Shown: positions 15,378-23,928 of the stretch, in pieces
Layout of the letters: each line of letters begins with the position of its first letter
How positions within the stretch are numbered: the first letter of the stretch is position 1
DNA from: a virus
IMG/VR virus record: IMGVR_UViG_3300037851_000399
Location: 1 to 32,625 of that record
Reading direction: 5' to 3' (one strand)
DNA: 32,625 nucleotides
The notes under the pieces: model-generated
Databases searched by the model: none
Told to the model about the DNA's origin: nothing
What the model saw: only the letters and a program-made list of their open reading frames with translations
Translations under genes and position numbers: made by a program

Positions 15378-17522
15378 ATGCCAACACTAAGGGGAATTTT
15401 ACGTGGGGCGCGCGATTTCTTTTTTGGCTATAAGAAAAAGTTTTTGGATAGTTTGGCCAACGCCTTCTCCATATTCTCGACCGGGCGCTCATCAATCGGA
15501 TATTATGAGAGCTGGGTCTTTGCGGCGGTGAATAAGATCGCCAAAGCATTCGCCGTTGTCAATTGGCGACTTTATAAAATGGATAGCTCAGGCGACATAC
15601 AAGAGGTAGAGGAGCATCCGGTACTGACGCTTCTGTATAAGTTTAATCCGCGATTCACGCGGTTTGATAGCTTGGAGTTAACGGCAATTTATTATTTGCT
15701 GAACGGAAAATCACCATGGCTTTTGATGGGAGAGGGGAAATCAACGGATGAAATATGGGTACTAAATCCCGAATATCTTTCGGTGAAAACCGTTGACGCG
15801 CAAGGATGGCCAACAAGCTATACATATTCAACCGGACAAAGTCAGATGACTATTCCGGCAACCAATATTTTGGATATAAGGAATCCCGATCCAGCTAAAC
15901 AAACGGATGGCAAAAGCACGCTCGATGCGGTGCGGACAGTTGCCGACATGGACAAAAGCGCGCGGGATTGGAATAAGACGCTCATGGATCGTCATGCCCA
16001 GCCATCGGCAGTCGTAGAGGTTCCGGAGAAGCTGGATGCCGATGAGGCGAAACTTTTGCGCAAAATGTTGGAGGAATCCTATTCAGGAGCCGAGAACGCG
16101 CATGCGATCGCCGTGCTGACAAACGGCGCCAAGCTCACGCCTTATTCAATGACACCGGCCGAAGTGGACTTCAAAGGCGGGCGCGAGAACGCGCGCGACG
16201 AGATCCTCGCGATATTCAACGTGCCAAAAATCCTGCTTGGTATGGAGGGGCAATACAATCGGGCCACGGCCGAAGCGGCCGAGGCCGTCTTTTCTAAGTA
16301 CGCCGTACAGCCGTTGCTCCAAAAGGTGACTGAACAGCTGAATGAGTTTCTGTTGCCGCGATACGGCGCCGGATACTGGCTTGAATTTGATAGCGTAGTG
16401 CCGGCCGACCGTGAGGCGAAAGTAAACGAATATAATCTCGGATGGAATAAGTGGCTCACCACGAATGAAATCCGCGAACAGGAGGGCCTGCCGAGCTTGA
16501 CCGGAGGCGATATGATATATGCGCCATTGATAAACGTGCCGATGATCGGAGCTGGCGGAAAAATCACACCGTCGGCCGAGGAGGGCAAGACAGCCGTAAT
16601 GAGGATGGAGCGCAAGGGCGTCAAGCCGTCTATGAGCGCGATCCGCAAGCACGATATGGCCTGCAAAATAAAGGCCCGCGACTTTAAGGTGCGCGAATTC
16701 GCAAAGGGAATAGCCGATGGGATTGTTCAAAAAATGGATGGCAAAAAGATAACGATAAAATGTGATCACCCGGAATGCGACCACGCAAAAAAAAAATTCA
16801 AAGTAGCTGATGACGCCAAACTGAAATGGTGGAATGAAACGATGGAATATAAAAGAAAGCTCGATGGAAGTTGGAAAGCAAAACTGATGGGCATCTTTGC
16901 CGAACAGGAGAGAATTATCAAGGCGAAGCTGGATGCCGTGGGATCGGATTATTTCAAGGCCGAGGGCAAGGCGACGGATAAGGCCAAGGAGCTCCTATTC
17001 GATATCGACAATCAAGTCAAGGCAACGATCACGGTTATTAAGCCGGAATACTATAACAGCATGCTGGCTGGAGCCGAACTTGCGGCCGGATACATAGGCG
17101 AGAAGCCGATTGACATTTTGGCGATACCGGAGGTAAAAGATTGGCTGGATTACGTGGCAAAAAAATATGGCGAGAGCATAACTCAGACCACCTATGATGA
17201 TTTATATCGGATATTCCAAACCGCATTTGCCGAGGGGCAAAGTACGAATCAGGTGGCCGAAACGGTCGCCGGATATTTTGATGATATAGCGCCGTACCGC
17301 GCGGATATGATAGCGCGAACGGAATCGGCCCGGGCCATGACCGCATCGCAAGGATATACGTGGGATGCCTACGGATTTGAGAACGTGGAATGGTACGCGG
17401 AGCCGACGGCGTGCGAGATATGTGTTGGTCTCTCCCAAGACGAGTGGACGGTAGAGGATGCAAAAGTCGGCACGGTAAATTATAGCCATCCGAATTGCGA
17501 ATGCCGCTTCCTCCCAAAATAA
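15378..17522 (+). CDS. Portal protein fused to a MuF / SPP1 gp7-like minor head protein domain (714 aa).
   Basis: The portal-like N-terminal ~400 aa lie just after TerL. The C-terminus carries the MuF signature (…MIARTESARAM…NYSHPNCECRF). Confidence 0.8.
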   Translation: MPTLRGILRGARDFFFGYKKKFLDSLANAFSIFSTGRSSIGYYESWVFAAVNKIAKAFAVVNWRLYKMDSSGDIQEVEEHPVLTLLYKFNPRFTRFDSLELTAIYYLLNGKSPWLLMGEGKSTDEIWVLNPEYLSVKTVDAQGWPTSYTYSTGQSQMTIPATNILDIRNPDPAKQTDGKSTLDAVRTVADMDKSARDWNKTLMDRHAQPSAVVEVPEKLDADEAKLLRKMLEESYSGAENAHAIAVLTNGAKLTPYSMTPAEVDFKGGRENARDEILAIFNVPKILLGMEGQYNRATAEAAEAVFSKYAVQPLLQKVTEQLNEFLLPRYGAGYWLEFDSVVPADREAKVNEYNLGWNKWLTTNEIREQEGLPSLTGGDMIYAPLINVPMIGAGGKITPSAEEGKTAVMRMERKGVKPSMSAIRKHDMACKIKARDFKVREFAKGIADGIVQKMDGKKITIKCDHPECDHAKKKFKVADDAKLKWWNETMEYKRKLDGSWKAKLMGIFAEQERIIKAKLDAVGSDYFKAEGKATDKAKELLFDIDNQVKATITVIKPEYYNSMLAGAELAAGYIGEKPIDILAIPEVKDWLDYVAKKYGESITQTTYDDLYRIFQTAFAEGQSTNQVAETVAGYFDDIAPYRADMIARTESARAMTASQGYTWDAYGFENVEWYAEPTACEICVGLSQDEWTVEDAKVGTVNYSHPNCECRFLPK

Positions 17523-17548
17523 ATTAAGCAGAAAATTAATTGACCAAT

Positions 17549-18607
17549 ATGCAAAACGAAAAAAGGGATTTCAAGAGCGTGTTGACCTTAAATTGCAAGG
17601 TTAACGAAATAAAGACAGACGGCGCCGGAATGATTGAGGCGTACGTTTCAATATTTAATAATATCGATAGCTACGGTGATATTATTGCGCCCGGCGCATT
17701 TGCCGAGAGCATCGGTAAGAAACTTCCTAAGGTCGTATGGAGCCACGATTGGGAAAAGCCGATCGGCAAGACGTTAGTCGCTCGCGAGGACAATAAAGGA
17801 TTGTATGTAAAAGCCCAGCTCCTGCTTTCGATAGACGATGGTCGCAAGGCATACGAACTTATAAAAGAGGGCATCATTGATGAATTTTCAATTGGATTTC
17901 GCGTGCAGGACTGGGAGATGCAGGGTGAAAACCGCGTGATAAAAAAAGTAAAGCTGTACGAATGGTCGCCAGTCTTAGCCGGAGCCAATCCGGCCACGGA
18001 GCTGGTATCAATCAAGGGAGAGGATATCGATGAGGATTTTGATGCGGACAAGGGTGAGGACGCTGGAAAGGCCTCCGATGGGCAAGGCGACGAAAACAAA
18101 GCGATAAAAGACGAAAGTAAAACCGGTGGGGATGGCATGGTGGAGCTGAAACTATGGGACGAAACCGATAATGAAATCGCTTATAGGGTCAAGGATCCTG
18201 CGCTATTTCAAGATGGGAGCTTCCGGACGATACAGATAAAAAAGGACAAACCGCGCGTAAACGGAATCGTCGGTAAACTAAAGGATGAGGACACGATGAC
18301 GCTCCAATCGCTCCGCTTTCCTAAAGAGGACGGCTGGACAATGGACGATGCAAAGCAGTGGGTAGAAGATCATCCGGACATAAAGATTGGGGACGAAAAG
18401 ACCGGAATCACAAGCGACGAAGCCAAGGAATTAATATCAAAAATCGATGCGCTTATTGCGGCACTACAACCTCTAAAAGAACTGGCGGAAAAAGCCGCCG
18501 GCGAGGGGATAAAAGTCGATGCAAAAGCCGGAGCCACGCTCCGTCTGCGCGCGGCCGCTAAGGAAATCGATAAAAAGGCGGAGATGATACTTCGCCTGAC
18601 AAAATAA
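17549..18607 (+). CDS. HK97-family prohead protease with an acidic/scaffold-like C-terminal half.
   Basis: NNIDSYGDIIAPGAF…WSHDW…FSIGF motifs. The ATG at 17549 is the likely start. Confidence 0.8.
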   Translation: MQNEKRDFKSVLTLNCKVNEIKTDGAGMIEAYVSIFNNIDSYGDIIAPGAFAESIGKKLPKVVWSHDWEKPIGKTLVAREDNKGLYVKAQLLLSIDDGRKAYELIKEGIIDEFSIGFRVQDWEMQGENRVIKKVKLYEWSPVLAGANPATELVSIKGEDIDEDFDADKGEDAGKASDGQGDENKAIKDESKTGGDGMVELKLWDETDNEIAYRVKDPALFQDGSFRTIQIKKDKPRVNGIVGKLKDEDTMTLQSLRFPKEDGWTMDDAKQWVEDHPDIKIGDEKTGITSDEAKELISKIDALIAALQPLKELAEKAAGEGIKVDAKAGATLRLRAAAKEIDKKAEMILRLTK

Positions 18608-18621
18608 TTAAAAACATTCTT

Positions 18622-19671
18622 ATGGACAACGAAAAAAAGGAGCTGACAATGGATGAGTTAAAATCCACCATTACAGCTACGCTTGAGGAATCTCCTCTCG
18701 CAAAAAAGATGGCCGATATTGAGAAAGGCCTTTCCGCGCTTCAATCCGTCCCGACCGACAAAAAAGCGGCCGAGATAGAAGTTGCCGCAAAATTCGTCAA
18801 GGATTTGTGCGATGGCAAACTCGAATCCGAAAGAAAGACAATCACAACCGGCTCAGGTTCATTCGGATATACCGTTCCTACGGAATTGGAATCATCCGTT
18901 CATGAGGCCAAGGATAAATTGGCCAAGATCCGCGCGAATGCGTTTGTATTCAAAATGGACGGTAAATACCAGCTTCCGGTCGAGGGTACCGGCGTGACCG
19001 CCTATTGGGTGACCACGGAAGCCGATAGCGATATCACCGAAAGCAATCCGACCGTTGGGAAAAAGGATTTGGATGACCAATATCTGGCCAGCCGCGTCCG
19101 CATTCCTTACAAACTGCTTCAGACCTCTGCGATCAATATCGTGGAATTTGTGAGCCGTTTATCAGCGCGCGCCTTGGTGAGCGCTGAGGAAACCGCGTTC
19201 GTGGGCGGCGACGGTTCAGGAAAGCCGACTGGCATCAGACAGGCCAGCATTACAGCTGTGCCACAAGCCGGCGCGAACCTTGCTTACGATGACCTCGTGA
19301 ATTTGTATTATGCGGTGCCGGAACAGTATCGCGTGAATGGCAAGTGGTTATTCTCTACTGCGGCCTTGAAGTTGGCCCGCAAGCTAAAGGACACCATCAG
19401 CTTGCCGATATTCAACGTCACGGACAATTCAATCTTTGGCAAGGAAGTATTGGAATGCACCGACATTCCTGAAAACTTGGGATCAGGTGCTAACGAAACC
19501 GAAATATACTTCGGCGACCTGAAAGAATATTGGATCAAGGACGGCCAAACAATGTTAGCCGAAGCAAAATCGGTAACAGGCCGCTTGCAGATTGACCTCT
19601 TTATGTATCAGAGCGTCGACGGCGTCGTGGTAAATACAGAAGCGTTCCGGAAAGGCACGGGAATAAAATAA
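18622..19671 (+). CDS. Major capsid protein, HK97 fold.
   Basis: …AYWVTTEADS…RIPYKLLQTS…AEETAFVGGDGSGKPTGI… is typical of the Phage_capsid family. It follows the protease gene. Confidence 0.85.
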   Translation: MDNEKKELTMDELKSTITATLEESPLAKKMADIEKGLSALQSVPTDKKAAEIEVAAKFVKDLCDGKLESERKTITTGSGSFGYTVPTELESSVHEAKDKLAKIRANAFVFKMDGKYQLPVEGTGVTAYWVTTEADSDITESNPTVGKKDLDDQYLASRVRIPYKLLQTSAINIVEFVSRLSARALVSAEETAFVGGDGSGKPTGIRQASITAVPQAGANLAYDDLVNLYYAVPEQYRVNGKWLFSTAALKLARKLKDTISLPIFNVTDNSIFGKEVLECTDIPENLGSGANETEIYFGDLKEYWIKDGQTMLAEAKSVTGRLQIDLFMYQSVDGVVVNTEAFRKGTGIK

Positions 19672-19697
19672 CTTGACACTCGTTAGGCAATGAGAGA

Positions 19698-19732
19698 ATA
19701 GTGAGAATAAGACAATTAATTATTCTCACTAT
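19698..19732. repeat. Perfect 13-bp inverted repeat (hairpin) immediately after the capsid gene.
   Basis: ATAGTGAGAATAA (19698..19710) / TTATTCTCACTAT (19720..19732) with a 9-nt loop. No T-run follows. A TTGACA lies at 19673. Confidence 0.7.
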
Positions 19733-19745
19733 GACTCAGTGCCGA

Positions 19746-20292
19746 ATGAAAAAAACAAAATAAATGCCTGCATTGTAAAAAAAGATTTAATCCGTGGCAT
19801 TCTCATCCCGATGCAGGATTTTGTTCTAATAATTGCAAGCAATTAGCCCGCCGGCGTCGGATTAAAAAAGTTTGTGAATTTTGTGGAAAAAATTTTGAAG
19901 CACTAAAATGTGAAAAAAAAGCAAGATTCTGTTCTCGAAAATGTAGGGCAAGAGCATGGTCAAAATACTTTCGCGGCGAGAACGTTCCTTGGTATAAGGG
20001 TGGAAAATGGATAAGACCGGACGGATATGTAATATTAAACATTGGTGGTCGGGAAATTTTAGAACACCGTTATGTAGTCGAGCAGAATCTTGGCCGGAGA
20101 TTAAAAGAAACGGAACATATCCACCATGTCAACGGAATAAAAACCGACAACCGTATTGAAAATTTGAAAATAATGACTAACTCTGAACATATCAAAGCAT
20201 CATGGGCGGAGGGACATTATAAAAATCGCAAAACTTATGCCAGAAAAAAAACTGCGCGATCACATGGCGCCGGAAGCCGGAAAACTTTATGA
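19746..20292 (+). CDS. Second HNH endonuclease with N-terminal duplicated CxxC…FCSxxC zinc motifs. It has no start codon in its own frame, and the only upstream ATG (19746) is +1 out of frame across an A7 run.
   Basis: An open frame of 180 codons runs 19750..20292 and contains EHIHHVNGIKTDNRIENLKIMTNSEH. The ORF track misses it because the only in-frame ATG/GTG/TTG codons are a TTG and an ATG about 40 codons before the stop, too late to encode the HNH domain. Confidence 0.7.
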
Positions 20293-20800
20293 TAGCGACG
20301 ATGTGATATTTGACCTCACGGAGTTTTTGAAAATATTAAAAACACAAGTAGAGGCAGATGGAATAAAGGTGGACGCGGACGTTTCTGTCGCAGTCGATAA
20401 CGTGGGCCTAAAAAATACGCTGGACGAACAGATAAATCCAGCAACGGAAGAAAAACAAGACGAATCGATAGGACTGTCCGGCAAGACACTTCATGAGGAT
20501 TTTGGTGAGGCGGCCGTTCCGCCATCGACGGAATCGACGCTTGCCAGCATTATTGTTCCGGTAGGAAAAAAAATAAGATTAAGGGGCGTACACGCTGAGG
20601 GTGACGATGACGGAATATTCAGGATATATGTTAACGCGCAAAAAAAATGGCAAGCGCGGAACGCTTGGACAAACAGAAATGTAAATTTTATAATTGAGTT
20701 AGAGGCGGTCGCCGGCGATACGATTTATTTAAAAGCGTATAATCCAAAAGGGTCAGTTAAAAATTATTCAGGAAGCATCTATGGATACGAAATTGGATAA
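20237..20800 (+). CDS. Structural accessory protein A (beta-sandwich C-terminal domain), paralogue of 20994..21587.
   Basis: Shared motifs are INPATEEKQDE, GKKIRLRGVHAEG and VAGDTIYL. The start is the ATG at 20237 or the one at 20264. Confidence 0.6.
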   Translation: MPEKKLRDHMAPEAGKLYDSDDVIFDLTEFLKILKTQVEADGIKVDADVSVAVDNVGLKNTLDEQINPATEEKQDESIGLSGKTLHEDFGEAAVPPSTESTLASIIVPVGKKIRLRGVHAEGDDDGIFRIYVNAQKKWQARNAWTNRNVNFIIELEAVAGDTIYLKAYNPKGSVKNYSGSIYGYEIG

Positions 20801-20981
20801 GGAAATCACAATCCTTGAACTTGGGGCCAAGCTCGATAGCCAAGAACATTCCCTTAAAGTGGCGATGGCCGAGCAGTTAAAACACCAAAAAAGAATTGCA
20901 GAACTTAGCGAAACGATTGTGGCGCTGAAAACAAAAATCGAGGAAACAAAAACAGAAATACAAAAAAGCTCTAATAATTAA
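20781..20981 (+). CDS. Small coiled-coil protein (66 aa).
   Basis: Heptad-like charged sequence. Its start overlaps the upstream stop. Confidence 0.45.
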   Translation: MDTKLDKEITILELGAKLDSQEHSLKVAMAEQLKHQKRIAELSETIVALKTKIEETKTEIQKSSNN

Positions 20982-20993
20982 GATAAAAATCAT

Positions 20994-21587
20994 ATGTCAG
21001 ATTTCAATTCGTCCTTACCAATAAGGACAGAAACAAACGGCGACGTAAAAGCTGGATTGCTTAACGATGCCGACGTAAGAATCAATCCCGCAACGGAGGA
21101 TAAACAGGACAGCGCGATAACTGAATTACAGACCATAAAAAGCAATCAAACTGACGGCTCGCAAGTTTCAAAAATAACGGACGGAACGGATGAGCTCGCG
21201 GTTAATGGTGACGGTTCCATTAATGTCAATATAGTAGACGCGGCCGTAGGCGACGATATCAATGTTTATGGAACTGCCAGCGCCGGCGTTCCCGGTACAC
21301 CGACCACGGTCGTGGATTATACGGTGAACACCGGAAAGACGTTGAAACTTAATGGCGTCCATGCCACCGGATCCGGCAAGATAAAAGTAGAGATAAAGGC
21401 CGGCACGCCGAGCTCAGAAACTACAAGAGCGGTAGGATTCAGCTCGACAGCCAATCCGAACATCGATATTACATTCCCGACACCGTTGGAAGTGGTGGCA
21501 GGCGATAAAGTACTGGTCATTATTACGAATAAAGACACGGCCAATCAGGACTTGTACGCTAACATTTCCGGCGAGGAAGTCGCTTAA
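20994..21587 (+). CDS. Structural accessory protein B, paralogue of 20237..20800.
   Basis: INPATEDKQDS, GKTLKLNGVHATG and VAGDKVLV. Confidence 0.6.
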   Translation: MSDFNSSLPIRTETNGDVKAGLLNDADVRINPATEDKQDSAITELQTIKSNQTDGSQVSKITDGTDELAVNGDGSINVNIVDAAVGDDINVYGTASAGVPGTPTTVVDYTVNTGKTLKLNGVHATGSGKIKVEIKAGTPSSETTRAVGFSSTANPNIDITFPTPLEVVAGDKVLVIITNKDTANQDLYANISGEEVA

Positions 21588-21602
21588 AAAGTAATCTTTT
21601 TA

Positions 21603-21626
21603 CTCTCGCTCTTTATGGAGCGAGGG
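21603..21626. repeat. Intergenic hairpin.
   Basis: CTCTCGCTC/GAGCGAGGG, a 9-bp stem including one G-U pair, with a 6-nt loop. No T-run. Confidence 0.5.
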
Positions 21627-21640
21627 ATAAAACGATAACT

Positions 21641-22477
21641 ATGTCCGACATAAACAATCCAACACAAGAAGTATCACTACACGAAAACGATAGTGGCAAT
21701 CCGCTTTCTGTTTTTAATAACGATAACAAGCTAAGGTTAGAGGTGCTTTCCGTTGACGAGTATATTGAAATTGCTCACGGACATATTGCCGATAGGTCTG
21801 CTCTTCACAGGTCTGCTTATTTGCCGTCAGGCACTACAACAGAGCAAAGTATATGGGGCGAGGGCGGAATTTATTCATTTCCAGCGTCGGCAACGATTAT
21901 GTCGGTATCAAGTAGCTCAGCAAACGACACTTCTGCTGGAACTGGGGCGAGAACGCTTTTGGTTCAGGGACTTAATGCCAGCTACGCAGAGATACAGGAG
22001 GTAGTTTCATTAAATGGACAGACAGGGGTAAGCACAATCAATTCTTTTTTGCGTATTAACTCCATTTGTGTTTTAACTGCCGGAAGCGGTGGCGTGAACG
22101 CTGGAAATATCTATGTCGGAACTGGAACGATTACAGGCGGGAAACCTGCCAATGTTTATCGCGTGGCTTTGGCTGGCAATGGTTGTGGCGAGGGGGCAGG
22201 ATATTGCGTGCCAGCAGGCAAGACGCTTTTTTTAAGAACTTTGTATATGTATTCTGGCGGTTCAAAAGAGGCAAGTTTGCGACTTTTCATAAGACCTTAT
22301 GAGATGAGTTGGCAATTAAAAGACCGCTTATCAATAATTGGTTCGTCATTTTCTCACACTTTTGGTGTTTGGCGAGCCGTGCCTGAAAAAACAGATATTG
22401 ATTATCGCTGTCAGTTATCCGTAGGAACAGCCGAAGTTGGCGGTGGGATAGATGCTATTTTAATAAACAATTCCTAA
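21641..22477 (+). CDS. Structural accessory protein C (278 aa), with a related C-terminal domain.
   Basis: AGKTLFLRTLYMYSGG resembles the GKTLKLNGVHATGSG segment of protein B. Confidence 0.55.
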   Translation: MSDINNPTQEVSLHENDSGNPLSVFNNDNKLRLEVLSVDEYIEIAHGHIADRSALHRSAYLPSGTTTEQSIWGEGGIYSFPASATIMSVSSSSANDTSAGTGARTLLVQGLNASYAEIQEVVSLNGQTGVSTINSFLRINSICVLTAGSGGVNAGNIYVGTGTITGGKPANVYRVALAGNGCGEGAGYCVPAGKTLFLRTLYMYSGGSKEASLRLFIRPYEMSWQLKDRLSIIGSSFSHTFGVWRAVPEKTDIDYRCQLSVGTAEVGGGIDAILINNS

Positions 22478-22478
22478 T

Positions 22479-22712
22479 ATGACGCTACAAGAAAAATTAA
22501 ATGAAATATCCGCTTTTGAAAATTATGTAATGCATAGCTTATTTTGTAAGTCATACGATAATGACGGCAGTGTTTGGAAGTGGCTTGAAAATAAAGGCGA
22601 TGGCACGGCAGACAGGAAAGAGCTGTTTGTGTGGTTTGCCGATGGGCAAGAAGTTGTCCAGCTTCTACAAAAAGAGATAGGCGGGAGCATTAAAGTCAAT
22701 AATCCAATTTAG
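22479..22712 (+). CDS. Hypothetical protein (77 aa).
   Basis: Tightly packed ATG ORF. Confidence 0.45.
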   Translation: MTLQEKLNEISAFENYVMHSLFCKSYDNDGSVWKWLENKGDGTADRKELFVWFADGQEVVQLLQKEIGGSIKVNNPI

Positions 22713-22717
22713 AATCT

Positions 22718-23002
22718 ATGAAAATGATCGTAGTAAAAGTAAAAAATGGATTTGAGGCATATGTGGCCGGCGACATAGCCGGATTCGAAGAGGATAGGGC
22801 CGTCGAGCTTATAGGCAAGGGAATCGTCGAGGAGATTGGCCATGCTGAGAGTGAAAGAGAAAAAGAGGAACACGAAAATTGGAGGAATAAAATTAAGAAG
22901 CCGGCTAAACCGGCTGATTATATTTGTGCTATATGCGGACAAAAAAATATAACAAAGGTAGGGTTATTAAGACACAAGGCAAGGATACATGGGATAAGAT
23001 AG
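22718..23002 (+). CDS. Small protein with a C-terminal C2H2-type zinc finger pattern.
   Basis: YICAICGQKNITKVGLLRHKARIH fits C-x2-C-x12-H-x4-H. Confidence 0.5.
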   Translation: MKMIVVKVKNGFEAYVAGDIAGFEEDRAVELIGKGIVEEIGHAESEREKEEHENWRNKIKKPAKPADYICAICGQKNITKVGLLRHKARIHGIR

Positions 23003-23928
23003 TTTTTTGCGGAAATTTCGAACCACCACATAGCACGGAGAATGATTATCGGAAGTCGTTTGAATCGCTGGGGATCCGCGTGATTCCTATTCAGGAAAAC
23101 AAACTGCATGAGGAAACCTCGCCGAGTCAGATTGCCGAGCTCGCACAAGGCGCGCTTTTTGTTTTATATACGCGGACATGGACTGACATGGGCAAGATTT
23201 GGCAAAAAACATTAGCTGAACTTCGCCGGATAAACGTTCCGACTGTAAGTGTCCATCTTGATTTATATTTTGGGTTGGCACGTGGCAAGGACTTGGAAAA
23301 GGATCCATTTTTTCAAAGCGATTTCGTATTCTCAGCTGATGGAGGACATCAAAAAGAATTCAAGGCGCATGGGATCAATCATTTCTTTCTACCTCCGGCC
23401 ATCCTAAAGGACAGCTGTTATCGGGGAAAATTTATCCCCGAACAGAATCATAAGGTGATCTTTGTGGGCTCGTATAATTATCATAAGGAATGGGATTACC
23501 GGCCAAAACTTATAAATTGGTTGACCGAAACGTATGGCAAGGACTTCCGGCTTTACGGCGCGCGCGAGAGCGTACGCGGGGACGCGCTGAATAACTTATA
23601 TGAGAGCGCCGAAGTAGTAGTGGGTGATAGCACATGGAGCGAGAATTATTGGAGCGATCGGATACCGGAAACGCTTGGCCGAGGGGGATTCCTTATACAT
23701 CCGGGCGTGTCGGGATTAGAGAATCAATTTATACCATATAAGCATTTTATTCCTTACATGCCGGGTGATTTTGAATCGCTGAAAGAAATCATAGATTACT
23801 ACGCCGAGCATAAAATAGAGCGCGATGCGATCCGCCATGCGGCCGCCGAACACGTAAAGAAAAATCATACCTACGAAAACCGCGTCAATGAGATGATGGC
23901 GACGCTAAAAAAAGAGGGCGCAATATGA
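22924..23928 (+). CDS. Glycosyltransferase, CgeB / Glyco_trans_1_2-like.
   Basis: The C-terminal region …IPETLGRGGFLIHP…LKEIIDYYAEHKIERDAIRHAAAEHVKKNHTYENRV resembles the CgeB family. The exact start is uncertain because it overlaps the upstream ORF. Confidence 0.6.
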   Translation: MCYMRTKKYNKGRVIKTQGKDTWDKIVFCGNFEPPHSTENDYRKSFESLGIRVIPIQENKLHEETSPSQIAELAQGALFVLYTRTWTDMGKIWQKTLAELRRINVPTVSVHLDLYFGLARGKDLEKDPFFQSDFVFSADGGHQKEFKAHGINHFFLPPAILKDSCYRGKFIPEQNHKVIFVGSYNYHKEWDYRPKLINWLTETYGKDFRLYGARESVRGDALNNLYESAEVVVGDSTWSENYWSDRIPETLGRGGFLIHPGVSGLENQFIPYKHFIPYMPGDFESLKEIIDYYAEHKIERDAIRHAAAEHVKKNHTYENRVNEMMATLKKEGAI

